A stretch of DNA of 64,000 bases from an uncultured delta proteobacterium. GTDB taxonomy: Bacteria; Desulfobacterota; Binatia; UBA9968. Position 1 is the stretch's first letter. Each line of letters starts with the position of its first letter. The stretch is from positions 12,227-76,226 of the forward strand of contig CAWJBB010000055.1 of the NCBI GenBank assembly GCA_963840855.1. Reading direction: 5' to 3'. The notes under the pieces were generated by a model. It was not told the DNA's origin. It saw only the letters and a list, made by a program, of their open reading frames with translations, and did not search any database. The position numbers and the translations under genes are program-made. Shown here piece by piece: positions 51,426 to 61,740 of this stretch.

Positions 51426-54065
51426 TCACTGTGCCGTCGAGAGTATTGCGCTACTGGATCGGTAGCCGTAGCCAACACGCCAGTGGAAGTAGCCGACCAC
51501 CTGTCCGTCCTTTTCGAGGGTTTCCTCGGCGACGTCACCCATTCGCTCGAAGTATTGCGCCAGTGACGGTTCCGCAAGTTTTTTACGATCAAAATCAATC
51601 ATTATGAAATTTCTGCCCAACGCCACGGAGCTTGGCAGCCAGAACTCCCACATCAGGCTTCGGCCGCCAAAAAAATGAGGACCTCCGGTATTGCGAACGC
51701 CGTCACCGTCAAGGTCATAGAAGCTTATTTGGCTCGATATCCTGTATCTATCCATGCCAACGATAATCGGCTCACGTCCTGTCTCATTCTCAAGAGCACT
51801 CTCAATTTGACCTACTCTGTCCGCTAGGAGGCGCCACGGGCCGAAAGCGCGTTTCGTCGCCATCGGAGAGCCGGGCAATCCTATGGAGAAATAGTAAAAC
51901 ATACCACCATAGGTGAGCAGTAAGACAACGATCGTTGGCAACCAGGATCGTCGGATGAGTCGGGTCAAAGGTCCTGTGACTTCACCAACGCGTGGAACCA
52001 TATCCACGGCGAGTATCGGAATAGCCGCCAGCAAGACCGGGCCGAGCCAGTGAAGTTTCGAGTCATGGAATACGCTATGAATGAGGAACACACATAATGG
52101 CACCAAAGTGAAACTGAGCAACCACAGACGCTGTTTTCGCTGCCTATCGGCTTGATGAGAGCTGGTTTTACTTTTGCCTCTGTCGGCAAGAAAAATATTG
52201 CTAACGGCTAGCAATCCAACCGGTGTCAGAACGAGCAACAGCGAAGCCAGCAGTACGTGAAGAGAAAAATCAGAACTAGCCGACCAGCGATTCGTGCCCT
52301 GAAACGCAAACGAGACCCAATCGTTCCGCATATTCCAGAGCAGCACCGGTGAAAAAAGAATCGCACCAATCAGCACCGCAAGATAGGGTTGCGGGCGGAG
52401 CAACCAGCGTCGGGATCGGCGGTCAATAATCAGAAATGTCAAAGTGCCGAGGCCCAAGAGCGCAATGGTATATTTCGCCAGCATCCCAAGTCCGACGCAC
52501 ACACCCACTCCCCACCACGCTCGGCGCTCCTCTCCGGCAAGCGCGCGTTCGAGAAAATAAAGGCAGCCGGCCCAGGCCGCGTACAAGGGGGCATCTGGCG
52601 TCATGAAAAAGCTCACTCCGAAATAGATCGGCAGCACCGCCAAAAGTAAGACACTGCGAAAGGCGGCAGGCCTATCATAGAGATTCACCGTCAACCGAAA
52701 CATGAAGATGGCAGCGATAATACCGGCGATAGAGGCCGGTAGACGAATGGCCAATTCGGAATTGCCGAATATGAATGTCGAAAGCCAGATCAGCCACGCC
52801 ACCATCGGCGGATGATCGAGATAGCCTATGTCCAGATGTTGGGCATAGTTCCAATAGTATGCTTCCTCTGGGATCACGTTCAGAAGATCCATAAAGGCGA
52901 TCTTAAGTAGCCATACATAACCGAAGACGACGACGGAGATCATCCGCCAGCGAATACGGAATACCTCGTTCCAGTCCGGTTTGGTAAGCACGAACAGAGT
53001 GGTACCGACAAAAAGTAAGGACGCCGCAATAAAGGCTGCACTCAGGATGGCTGCCAGCGGTGGCCAATGCCAAGTTTCGATGACGATTAAGAATACTGCG
53101 CTACGAAATAGCAGGACGAGCAGGAAAACCATTAGCAGTCGCCCTGAGAGCTGCCACAGGGAAGTGCCGCTTGATCCCGCAAATCTGGTAAAGGTCCGGC
53201 GCGCGATCAACCCGTAATTCAAAACCGTCGCGGCGAAAAAGCTGCTGATTTGACCCCAGATTAGGTTTACCTGCGCGACGAGAAGTACATGGAACAAAAT
53301 CAGGTCGAGGATCAAACCCGAAAGTCCAATAGTGGCGAGATACAGATCCAGCCCGGCAGGGAGTGCGCCACCCGTAAGAGCCACCAGTTGCATCAAGAAA
53401 ATCCGACTCTGGCGAATGCCGAACTTGGATCTGCCGGAGGCCCGATTCTGGAATACGATCGGTATTTCAATTACCCGCAAGGTATCATTCCCTCGAGCGA
53501 GGATCTCCAGAGCGATCTTGAAGCCAGCCATGTCGCATGCCAGTTGGAGCAAGAGCCTGCGCCTCACAGCAAAAAAGCCGGACAAGGGGTCCTTCACGCT
53601 CACCAGCGGCGTAACAAGCATCGTCGCCACCCGAGAAACCAACCATCTTGTCCATGGCCAGTCCAGCATCGAGCCGCCGGGAACGTACCGGCTCGCAAGC
53701 GCCATGTCATGCGTGCCATCCATCAATGGCCGGATCAGCTGCGGTATCGTTTCGGGAGGATGGCTCAAGTCCGCATCGAGTACGACGACGAACTCACCTC
53801 GCGCCGAGCCGGCTGCCACAATGATATCGCCCGCCAGACCGCGTTTTGCGTCCGACTGGAGCAGCCGAACGGGACGATCGACGGTCCACCTTTGCACTTG
53901 AGCCTGGGTTCCGTCCGTGGAGCCGCCGTCTACAATCAATACTTCGGCTTGTAGTCGATTCCGTTCGAGCATCGCCAGCATACGGGCGAGCAGGGGCTCA
54001 ATATTGTCCGCTTCATTCAGTGTCGGGACTATGATCGAAAACGTTGATTGCAGTTCACGCTTCAT
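51426..54065 (-). CDS. Fusion of GT2 polyprenol-phosphate sugar synthase, GtrA-like membrane domain and ArnT/PMT-like (GT-C) glycosyltransferase
   Basis: PTLNEADN, VDGGSTDGT, DADLSHPPE, DPLSGFF; ILDLILF...NYGL segment; PEEAYYWNYA..LDIGYLDHPP, TPDAP, LAKYT. Confidence 0.88.
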   Translation of the reverse strand: MKRELQSTFSIIVPTLNEADNIEPLLARMLAMLERNRLQAEVLIVDGGSTDGTQAQVQRWTVDRPVRLLQSDAKRGLAGDIIVAAGSARGEFVVVLDADLSHPPETIPQLIRPLMDGTHDMALASRYVPGGSMLDWPWTRWLVSRVATMLVTPLVSVKDPLSGFFAVRRRLLLQLACDMAGFKIALEILARGNDTLRVIEIPIVFQNRASGRSKFGIRQSRIFLMQLVALTGGALPAGLDLYLATIGLSGLILDLILFHVLLVAQVNLIWGQISSFFAATVLNYGLIARRTFTRFAGSSGTSLWQLSGRLLMVFLLVLLFRSAVFLIVIETWHWPPLAAILSAAFIAASLLFVGTTLFVLTKPDWNEVFRIRWRMISVVVFGYVWLLKIAFMDLLNVIPEEAYYWNYAQHLDIGYLDHPPMVAWLIWLSTFIFGNSELAIRLPASIAGIIAAIFMFRLTVNLYDRPAAFRSVLLLAVLPIYFGVSFFMTPDAPLYAAWAGCLYFLERALAGEERRAWWGVGVCVGLGMLAKYTIALLGLGTLTFLIIDRRSRRWLLRPQPYLAVLIGAILFSPVLLWNMRNDWVSFAFQGTNRWSASSDFSLHVLLASLLLVLTPVGLLAVSNIFLADRGKSKTSSHQADRQRKQRLWLLSFTLVPLCVFLIHSVFHDSKLHWLGPVLLAAIPILAVDMVPRVGEVTGPLTRLIRRSWLPTIVVLLLTYGGMFYYFSIGLPGSPMATKRAFGPWRLLADRVGQIESALENETGREPIIVGMDRYRISSQISFYDLDGDGVRNTGGPHFFGGRSLMWEFWLPSSVALGRNFIMIDFDRKKLAEPSLAQYFERMGDVAEETLEKDGQVVGYFHWRVGYGYRSSSAILSTAQ

Positions 54066-54164
54066 TCTGACGTGTCCATTTCAGCCACTTTGTGAGAGTG
54101 TGAACACTAAACTGCCAACAGGAGCGAGAGAAAGTCAAACAATCAGGGCACCAAAAAGGAGCGA

Positions 54165-54453
54165 GCCGATATGGCCGCCTATGGCAGCTCCAAAGCGGCG
54201 CTAATGAACTTAACTCTGCACATGGCGCACCAGTGGGGACCGGAGGTTCGGGTCAACTGTATCGCGCCGGGCACCATCGACACACCTCGTCCACCGGGGA
54301 CCAATCGACAGGAGCTGGCAGCGGAAGCTCTCAAGAGAGCTGCGCTGGGAAGGGCGTGCAGCCCCGACGAGTCGCCAACGTGGCGTTGTTCTTAGCTTCA
54401 GACGCGGTAAGCTTCGTCAGCGGCGCGGGTAATCGACGTGAATGGAGGCGAAT
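54165..54453 (+). pseudogene. C-terminal remnant of an SDR oxidoreductase
   Basis: AAYGSSKAALMNLT, VRVNCIAPGTIDT, VANVALFLASD..SFVSG in shifted frames; no N-terminal Rossmann motif. Confidence 0.78.
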
Positions 54454-54487
54454 AAGATTTGCGAATTGCGGTTAAATGCCCTCCGAT

Positions 54488-55834
54488 TTAACTCGCGGCC
54501 GCTTTGGGCGCGGCGATAATTTCCAGCATCTCGTCGTCGCTCGAGTATTTGTATTCCCAGGTGTTGCGTTTTTTTGCCTCTTCCTTTTCCTTGGCTTCGA
54601 GCACGGCGACATCCGCTTTAGTAACGAACGAGACCTTTTTCTCTTCGAGCTTATCCAGCACCGCTTCGATCTTTTGCTGCGCGACTTGCGGTTCGAAGCC
54701 TTCTTTTGAAGCGAGATATTGGTTGACGACCTTCATGCCGCGCTCGGCGTCTTGTTTGGCCACCCCGACCAGTCCAACGCTCGCATTGCGCGACCAACCG
54801 ATGACGTATATGTTTTCCAGCGCTTGCTTCGTCTCCGGATTATAGGGCTGATATTGCGCCGGGTTAGGATCGCCGGGTAGTTGCGCGAGATTGGTCACAA
54901 AAGCGCCGCGGTTAAAGGGCAGGCCGAGCGACGCGTCGACTTCATCGCCGATGGCATAGATCACGCAATCGAGCGGCAGCTCGATCTTTTGTCCCGTTCC
55001 CTTGGGAGCGGTCCGGCCGTTTTCCACGACGAGCTTGTTCAGCTCCACTTCCAATGCCGCGACTTTGTTTTCACTGTCGGGAACAACCCGGGTCGGAGAG
55101 CAGAGGTAGCGGAATCGTAGTTTCTGATCCGCCGGCGGAATGGTCGTGCCGACGAACTTCTCAATAATCTCTTCGACATTCTGGCCGGCGGTCTCAAGAT
55201 CCGGCCGGATGCGCTCGATCTCCTTGCGCATGTCGTCGTTATCGAGATACTTTTCGATGACCTCGAACTCGCCGTCGTCATAAGCTTTTTCTTTAGGCCC
55301 GCGGCGCGCGACCACCGTCACTTCCGCGATGTTCATGTAATTGAGCAACCAGTTGGCGACGTCGACCATGACGTTTCCCATGCCGATAATCGCGACGCGT
55401 TTGCCCAACTCGAAGGGCCGCTGGCTGAAGGGAGGAAGCTTATTGAAATGATAGACAACGTCCTTGGCGTGATAGACCCGCTTGGTGTCTTCGCCGGGAA
55501 GGCCCAACTTCTTCGTGCCCTGCGCGCCCGCGGCAACGACAATCACACTGAAACCGATTTCTTGGAGGTCCTTGAGCGTAAGGGCTTTACCTTGCCCCAC
55601 CGTGACGTGGCCGAGATAGAATACCTGGGGGTGGATGAGAATGCGCTGAAATTGTTTGCGCAAGCCGGTCTTCATCTTCTCTTTGTCCATGAAGATGCCG
55701 TACTCGGCCAAGCCGCCTGGTTTGATGTCACGATTAATGAGCAGGACCCGGTGCCCGGCTTCCGTTAGTTTTCTCGCGCCGTAAATGCCGGCTGGACCGG
55801 CACCAATGACCGCCACCAGGTGTTGTTTTGACAT
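54488..55834 (-). CDS. FAD-dependent oxidoreductase, ferredoxin-NADP+ reductase (FprA/AdR-like)
   Basis: IGAGPAG, PGGLAEYGI, IIGMGNVMVDV, ARRGP, YVIGW. Confidence 0.85.
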   Translation of the reverse strand: MSKQHLVAVIGAGPAGIYGARKLTEAGHRVLLINRDIKPGGLAEYGIFMDKEKMKTGLRKQFQRILIHPQVFYLGHVTVGQGKALTLKDLQEIGFSVIVVAAGAQGTKKLGLPGEDTKRVYHAKDVVYHFNKLPPFSQRPFELGKRVAIIGMGNVMVDVANWLLNYMNIAEVTVVARRGPKEKAYDDGEFEVIEKYLDNDDMRKEIERIRPDLETAGQNVEEIIEKFVGTTIPPADQKLRFRYLCSPTRVVPDSENKVAALEVELNKLVVENGRTAPKGTGQKIELPLDCVIYAIGDEVDASLGLPFNRGAFVTNLAQLPGDPNPAQYQPYNPETKQALENIYVIGWSRNASVGLVGVAKQDAERGMKVVNQYLASKEGFEPQVAQQKIEAVLDKLEEKKVSFVTKADVAVLEAKEKEEAKKRNTWEYKYSSDDEMLEIIAAPKAAAS

Positions 55835-55928
55835 TCTCTATACCTCTGTTATTTTCTGCAATTTTAACCGACCGGAAGTAAAGAACCAAATGGTTGAAAC
55901 GAAACGGAAAGGAAAACGCGGGAGGGAT

Positions 55929-56198
55929 TTACTGAAGCTCTCTTTTGCCTTCGATTTCCAACTCCGTGCCCCGGGAATCCTTATGCGTGAATGAGACCAG
56001 CTCCCAGCTGCCGTCTTCCAGGGGCCCCTTGAGGATGTAGGAGTTTTGGTCACTACCCAGCACACGGAAATAACAGGCTTGCTCGCCAAACCAGCGGTCG
56101 GAGACCTCCTCGACCTCTATGCTTCGGCTTCCCAGCAGAAACCGGGACGGACTTTCTTGTCCTTTGGCGTCGGGAGCGGATTCCACCTTGATTTTCAC
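55929..56198 (-). CDS. Small hypothetical protein
   Basis: P.RF.LG.R...VEEV.DRW.GE...YFRV pattern; fits between genes. Confidence 0.7.
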   Translation of the reverse strand: MKIKVESAPDAKGQESPSRFLLGSRSIEVEEVSDRWFGEQACYFRVLGSDQNSYILKGPLEDGSWELVSFTHKDSRGTELEIEGKRELQ

Positions 56199-56272
56199 GC
56201 GCGGGTCTCTTTTCCGGGAAATTTAAAAAAATTAATATATCCGAAATCACCCGGAATGGAAAGGAGTATCCT

Positions 56273-56956
56273 ATGATTACCATCGACCAGCTCAAAAAGG
56301 ATGTCGTCAGCGCTTGCCGAATTCTTTCTCACCAGAAACTTGTCGAGGGATTCGGACATGTCAGCGCGCGCATCCCCGCCTCAGACCGGTTTATCATCAC
56401 GCCGCGCGTCAGCTTATCTCTCGCGCGCGAAAGTCAGTTGCTCACTATGAACCTCGACGGAGAAGTCGTCGAGGGCGGTGATACGCCGCCCTTCGAGGCC
56501 TGGCTGCACACGGCTATCATGAAAGCCAAGCCCAGTGTGAATGCCATCACGCGCATTCACGCCCGTGCCGCCAACATGTTTTCCGTCACCGACCGTAAAC
56601 TCGAACCGGTGCATAACCACGGCAGTTTTTTCGGCGGCGGTGTGCCGGTGTTTATTAAACCGGATCTTATCGCTACCGAACGCCTCGGCAGCGATGTCGC
56701 CGCCACCCTCGGCGACAATCCCGCGGTTTTACTCAGAGGTAACGGACAAGTGACCGTGGGACGAACGATTCCCGAAGCGGTGATGATGGCTATTTATCTG
56801 GAAGAGGCCGCGGAGATTCTCTTCGGCGCGCTCCAGATCGGCAAACCGATTCCGTTAACCATGGATGAATCGAAGCAACGCCAAGTGGAAGCCTTACCGC
56901 CGGTGGACATGGAGCGGGCGTGGAACTTTTTCAAGAACTTGGTTGAGAGAAACTAG
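56273..56956 (+). CDS. Class II aldolase/adducin family protein
   Basis: GFGHVSAR, E..LHTAI..KP.VNA, LLRGNG; some zinc-ligand histidines appear substituted. Confidence 0.85.
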   Translation: MITIDQLKKDVVSACRILSHQKLVEGFGHVSARIPASDRFIITPRVSLSLARESQLLTMNLDGEVVEGGDTPPFEAWLHTAIMKAKPSVNAITRIHARAANMFSVTDRKLEPVHNHGSFFGGGVPVFIKPDLIATERLGSDVAATLGDNPAVLLRGNGQVTVGRTIPEAVMMAIYLEEAAEILFGALQIGKPIPLTMDESKQRQVEALPPVDMERAWNFFKNLVERN

Positions 56957-56983
56957 TGAATTATATCAGCTACATAGCGTTTG

Positions 56984-57053
56984 CCGTTCATGGTTCGAGA
57001 ACCTCACCACGAACGGCTTGTGCTTGACCGTTCACCCTGAGCTCGTCGAAGGG
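56984..57053. repeat. Family C repeat pair
   Basis: ccgttcatggttcgagaacctcaccacgaacgg ... ccgttcaccctgagctcgtcgaagg; similar copies at 23751-23840 and 49821-49855. Confidence 0.8.
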
Positions 57054-57242
57054 TTCTTCGAACTTAGACGTGAACCAACTGTTACAGTTCACTAGTTGGT
57101 GACTCTGAAGTTCGTTACACGATTCAATCGTCATTCCGGTTGACCCTCGCGCCCATTCCCGCTTTCTTGGTCTCCCCTTAGAGACTGTGTCGCAATCCGC
57201 GAAAGCGCGCTCATGTTCTAACTTTGTAACGAACTTTTCGAC

Positions 57243-57281
57243 AAAAAAAGCACGGCACCGGAGTTCCCAGTGCCGTGCTTT
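57243..57281 (-). terminator. Intrinsic terminator of the cytochrome operon
   Basis: GCACGGCAC/GTGCCGTGC stem with A7 tract, just downstream of stop 57300. Confidence 0.8.
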
Positions 57282-57299
57282 CGTACGTAGTGAATATTC

Positions 57300-58021
57300 T
57301 TATTTGCCGGCCAACTCGAAATTAGCCTTGGCGTCTTCCTTGGCTTTCACGGTGACCTTCTGGGTGCTTTTGCCGAGCTTTTCGTGCCAGACTTCTACGG
57401 TGTAGGCGCCGGCCGGAACATCGGTCAATTTAAAACTGCCGGAATTGTCCGTCACCGCGAAGTATGGATTTGCCGTGGCTACGATCCACCCGGACATCCA
57501 GCCATGCACGTCGCATTTGACCTCGAAGGCCTCGGGCTTTTCGATCTTTTGGTCCAGTGATTTTTTGAATTTCGGCTGTGCTATGTTAAAAGCGCTGTTG
57601 ACTTTGCTGTAGGAATGAATGTTGTGAAGTATTCCGTCCGGATTCAGAATCTCCACGGTGCTGCCTGCGGGAAAAGCCACCACATGGGGCTTATACTCGC
57701 AGCCGTGCTTGGTCCAGGGTGACTTTTTTGAGCTCGACCGTTCTTGCCTTTTTTAATATCGGTAATCGTGACAACGGCATTGGCTAGATTGCCGTTGTTC
57801 ACAACCAAAGACTGGTCTATCTTGGGCGTCTTGGCGCATACCTCTTTATCTTTTCTGACATCCAGTTTCTTCGGCGCCGGGGCGGTGCCTTTGAACTTGA
57901 CGGTTCCCGAGATCGTCCCGCCATCTCTGACGTCGCCGCCGTGATATTGCGCCATGCCGCTTGCCGGCAAGGTCAAGATAGCCGCAGCGACAAATAACGA
58001 ACGCATCATATTCATATTCAT
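57300..58021 (-). CDS. Periplasmic cupredoxin-like/carboxypeptidase-regulatory-like protein; frameshifts near 57712 and 57740
   Basis: Signal peptide; GTISGTVKF, LDQ.GCEYKPHV, LHNIH, KCDVHGWM, VPAGAYTVEVWHE. Confidence 0.8.
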
Positions 58022-58076
58022 ACAATCCTCCTTAATCCTATGGTTAAACGTTTGACGCTTTGAAGCTAGGTAATAT

Positions 58077-60771
58077 TCACCGCTTCGCCGGCTTGGCTTT
58101 GGCGGTATCCGCTGCCACTGCAGCAGCCACGGTGGGCGCCGCTCGGCCCAGCGTTAACAAATAATCCCGCAGCGCTTCGATCTGCCGGTCATCCTTGCCG
58201 CCCAAAATATTGTCCGGGCCGCCCGGATAGAACGACGGCATCTTGGTGCCCGGCTGAATTTTTTGCGGGTCTTTCAACCACTTCAAGATCCAGTTGGGGT
58301 TGAGCCGCTGGCGCGCCAGGGCGAGATCCGGCGCCCAGCCTTCCGGTGGTCCTTCCGGATTCTTACCACCCTGCACGTGACAACTGAAGCAATTGAAATA
58401 TTCCGGCGACGTCAATTGACGAGCAGCCTCGAGATTTTCCGGCGGTATCTGTTTATCGTCGACATAAACGAAAGGCTGTTCCACCTTTGAAAGGCCGTTG
58501 AAATAATTGACCAGCTGCGTCGCATGCTCGTCGGAAAAACCAAAGGTCGGCATGCGAATTTGCAGCCAGGGCCGTAGTGGAATCGGCGCTTTTACAAAGT
58601 TGTAGAACCAGTTCGATTGCACCTTTTCGCCCTCGCCGTTCAAAGGCGGCGGCGCCGCTGCGGGATTTTCGTAGTATTTTTTTACGAAGCCGCCGCGCTT
58701 CTCGATCTCATGGCAACCGACGCAATTATATTGCTGCATGAGCCGGCGTCCTTCGACCACCTGTTGGACTCTGAGCCCCTGATCCGCAAGATAGCGGTGG
58801 CCGACTTTTCGCTCCCGGAATCCGCCCAGCAAAATTCTGAGCGCCTTGATATCCTCGTCCGCCAGGTCGAACTGCGGCATCAACTGTTCAACACGCTCCG
58901 TGGCGTAACCCCGCGGCGTCTTGAGCTTGTGGTACGTCCAGTCATCCCAGGTGTGAGCGATGTCCGTGCGGTTGCCGAACGCCAGCTCTTCCACGGTCTT
59001 GGAACCGAAGGTCGTCAGCTCAGCGCCGATGCGCGATTCCTTTTCCATTCCCTTGATATCGTGGCAACCGAAGCAGCCCCATTTGCGCACCAGGGACTCG
59101 CCGCGTTTGATATTCTCCGGATCGGCAAGTTTTTCTTGGATCCCCGTGATCTCCTCGCCCTTCGAACCCAGCGTCGCCAGGTAGGTTGTAATCGCCAGCG
59201 CTTCGTCGTCGGTCAGGCGCAAGCTGGGCATTTTCGTATCCGGCTGATAGTCGCGCGGGTTCCTGATCCAATGGTAAATCCACTGAGCGTCCGGTCTTGG
59301 CCGAGATGTCTTTGAGATTGGGAACGAGATCCTTACCCTTGCCCAGGGGCGTGCTGAATTCCCCGTCGGCGAAGCCGTGGCAGCCCTTGCAGCCGATGGT
59401 CTCAACGAGCGTTTTGCCGCGCGCCGCTAGATTGGCGTCCCCTTCGCGGAAGCCGGCCGGCAGCGGATGCTCTTGCAACCACTTATCGCCCTCATCCTTA
59501 CCCGAGGACCAGACGTACGCCGCGATGGCGACGGCGTCTTCTGGCTTGAGTTCGAAGTTAGGCATGCGCGTGCGCGGGCGAAATTTATGCGGGTTTTCGA
59601 TCCAGCGCACCATCCAGCTTGGATCAGCCTTCGCGCTGATCTTGCGCAAGCTCGGAGCAATTTTGGGGATACTTTCGTAACCCTTTACGAGATGGCAGCC
59701 AGTGCAACCGATCTGTTCGAAGAGCCGCTGGCCTTCCGTGAGCAACGGCGCGTACTCTTCAAACTTTTGCGCGTCCAGATGACATGACGTGCAGCTCGAC
59801 TGGGATTTCGCCCCCCGGAGCAGCGGAAACTCCCACAGATGCACTTCACCATGCGCCTGTTTGGCGCTGCTGACCGCCACGCCTTGCCCTTCATGGCAAC
59901 CCGTACAGCCAAGTTTTTCCGGCGCATGGGCGTTGTCGGCTAAAAAAACTTCGCGGCGCGGATGGGTTTTGAAGGGATTCGGCTGGTCTTCGAACCCCGC
60001 CCGGTTGATCGCCAGGTGGCAGGTCTGGCAGCGATCCACGCGCGCGACGGGCTGGTCGAAACGATTGCGGTCGAATTCATCCATCGACACCTGCTGAATC
60101 TTGGGTACCTTGTAAAAAGTAACGGGGCCGAGCTTGAGCGTCACGTTGGCCATCACCCGCTGCCACTTGTCGCGCTCGGCGGTGAGCTTGGCCATTTCGT
60201 TTTCGACTTCCTTCGTGCTGGAATTGATCTTTTTGATTTCCTCTCTCAGCGCGTCGCGTTTCTTGCGCGCGGCCTCGAGCACCGGATCGAGCTTGGCTTG
60301 TTCCTTTTCCAGCTCACGGATTTGATCTAGGTAGGGCTTTGGATTTCGCTGCTGCTGGACAGCGTGGTCATATTCGTACCAAAGCTCTTCCATCTCGCTC
60401 TTGATAAACTTGATTTCCTGGTCGATTTCATTAAAGCGAACCGAGGCATCGTCTTCCTGCGACTTGAGAACTGCGAGTTTTTTTGCCAACTCGCCCTTCT
60501 CCAAACTCGACTTCGCTTCCTCGAGTTTCTTGGAGAGAGCCTGGTAGTTGGCGTCGGCCTGAAGCTTCTTATGCTCCTCGTCGTAAGCCGCTTGGGCCTT
60601 CTGGTAATCGAGCCGGTAAAAGCGATATTGGATTCCTTTCCACGGCCGACGGGTAATATTGTCGTCCCAAAAGGCCCATATCGACATAACCACTAATAAG
60701 GCGCTGCCGATCAGGAAGATGCTGCCATAGGATTTTTTCTCTTCCTTCTCGTCGATTCCTCGTTCCGCCAT
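58077..60771 (-). CDS. Membrane-anchored octaheme cytochrome c with coiled coil; frameshift near 59293
   Basis: CQTCH, CTGCH, CTSCH, CTGCH, CKGCH, then CFGCH, CVGCH, CFSCH; repeated W..nP....P.T.MP domains. Confidence 0.9.
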
Positions 60772-60781
60772 CCCGACTCCC

Positions 60782-60949
60782 TTATGCGGCCTTGCGCTCC
60801 AGCGCGCGGCCCAAAGAAAAAACCCCGAGCCCAATCAAGGTCAGCACGATCTCTTCCGCCATCGAAGACTTTTCCGCGATGCCGGCGAACAGGGCATAAC
60901 CCACGTCGGCCAAGCCCAGCCCTTGGAGGATCTTAGCCAGGTAAAACAT
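60782..60949 (-). CDS. Small two-helix membrane protein (55 aa)
   Basis: MFYLAKILQGLGLADVGYALFAGI...LIGLGVFSLGRALERKAA; TGATG coupling to the upstream gene. Confidence 0.7.
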   Translation of the reverse strand: MFYLAKILQGLGLADVGYALFAGIAEKSSMAEEIVLTLIGLGVFSLGRALERKAA

Positions 60950-61716
60950 CAGACGTTGATCCAGGGGGTCACTAAGATATATTTTACGTTGAACACAAGT
61001 CGCAAAAACATCTTGGCGGGAAGCGACAGCATCAAGACGAACAATGCGGCGGTGATCGTAAAGCGCACCATGCCCCATCTCTCGAGAAACTCCCTGCCCT
61101 TGACCTTTAGCACCCACAGATAAAACGCCGCCACCCCAGCGACAAAGTACAGGACGATTACGAACAAGCCGAAAGCCGCTGACAACCAGTAGTCTCTCAG
61201 GCCAAATAAATACGGCAAATCCACGTTGGTCAGCGCGACCACCTTATGGGGGTCCCAACGCTGCCATGGCCAGAACAAGTTCCAGCCGGGGCCGCGGAAA
61301 AAAGTCCCGATGATAATCATCGTTACCCAGAGAATATGAAAGCCCAAAACGAACGTGAGGATTTCGTATTTCCTCTCCTTAAAGCAGTAATAGCCGTTGC
61401 CTTTGGGATTGATATCGATAAATGGAACCACCATCAGGCCGACGATGATCAGGCTCGGCAAGACGACACCCGCATGCCACGGGTCGAAATAGACGAGCAT
61501 TTCTTGCAGGCCGAGAAAGTACCAAGGCGCCTTGGAGGGATTGGGCGTCCGCGTCGGATTGGCCGGCTCTTCGAGCGGCGCGTCGATGGTGATCGACCAG
61601 AGGGTCAGGGCCACGGTTACGAACAGCGCGACCAGAAACTCGCCGCGCACTAAATGGGGCCAGGTGTGAACTTTGTCGTCGACGGGTAACTTTCTTTCGC
61701 GGCTTGCCTCTGCCAT
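60949..61716 (-). CDS. Cytochrome b6 subunit IV-like (C-terminal cytochrome b domain)
   Basis: TWPHL, APLEEPANP..TPNPSKAPWYFLGLQEML. Confidence 0.88.
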   Translation of the reverse strand: MAEASRERKLPVDDKVHTWPHLVRGEFLVALFVTVALTLWSITIDAPLEEPANPTRTPNPSKAPWYFLGLQEMLVYFDPWHAGVVLPSLIIVGLMVVPFIDINPKGNGYYCFKERKYEILTFVLGFHILWVTMIIIGTFFRGPGWNLFWPWQRWDPHKVVALTNVDLPYLFGLRDYWLSAAFGLFVIVLYFVAGVAAFYLWVLKVKGREFLERWGMVRFTITAALFVLMLSLPAKMFLRLVFNVKYILVTPWINV

Positions 61717-61740
61717 CTTATTGCCTCGTTTTCGATTCAA

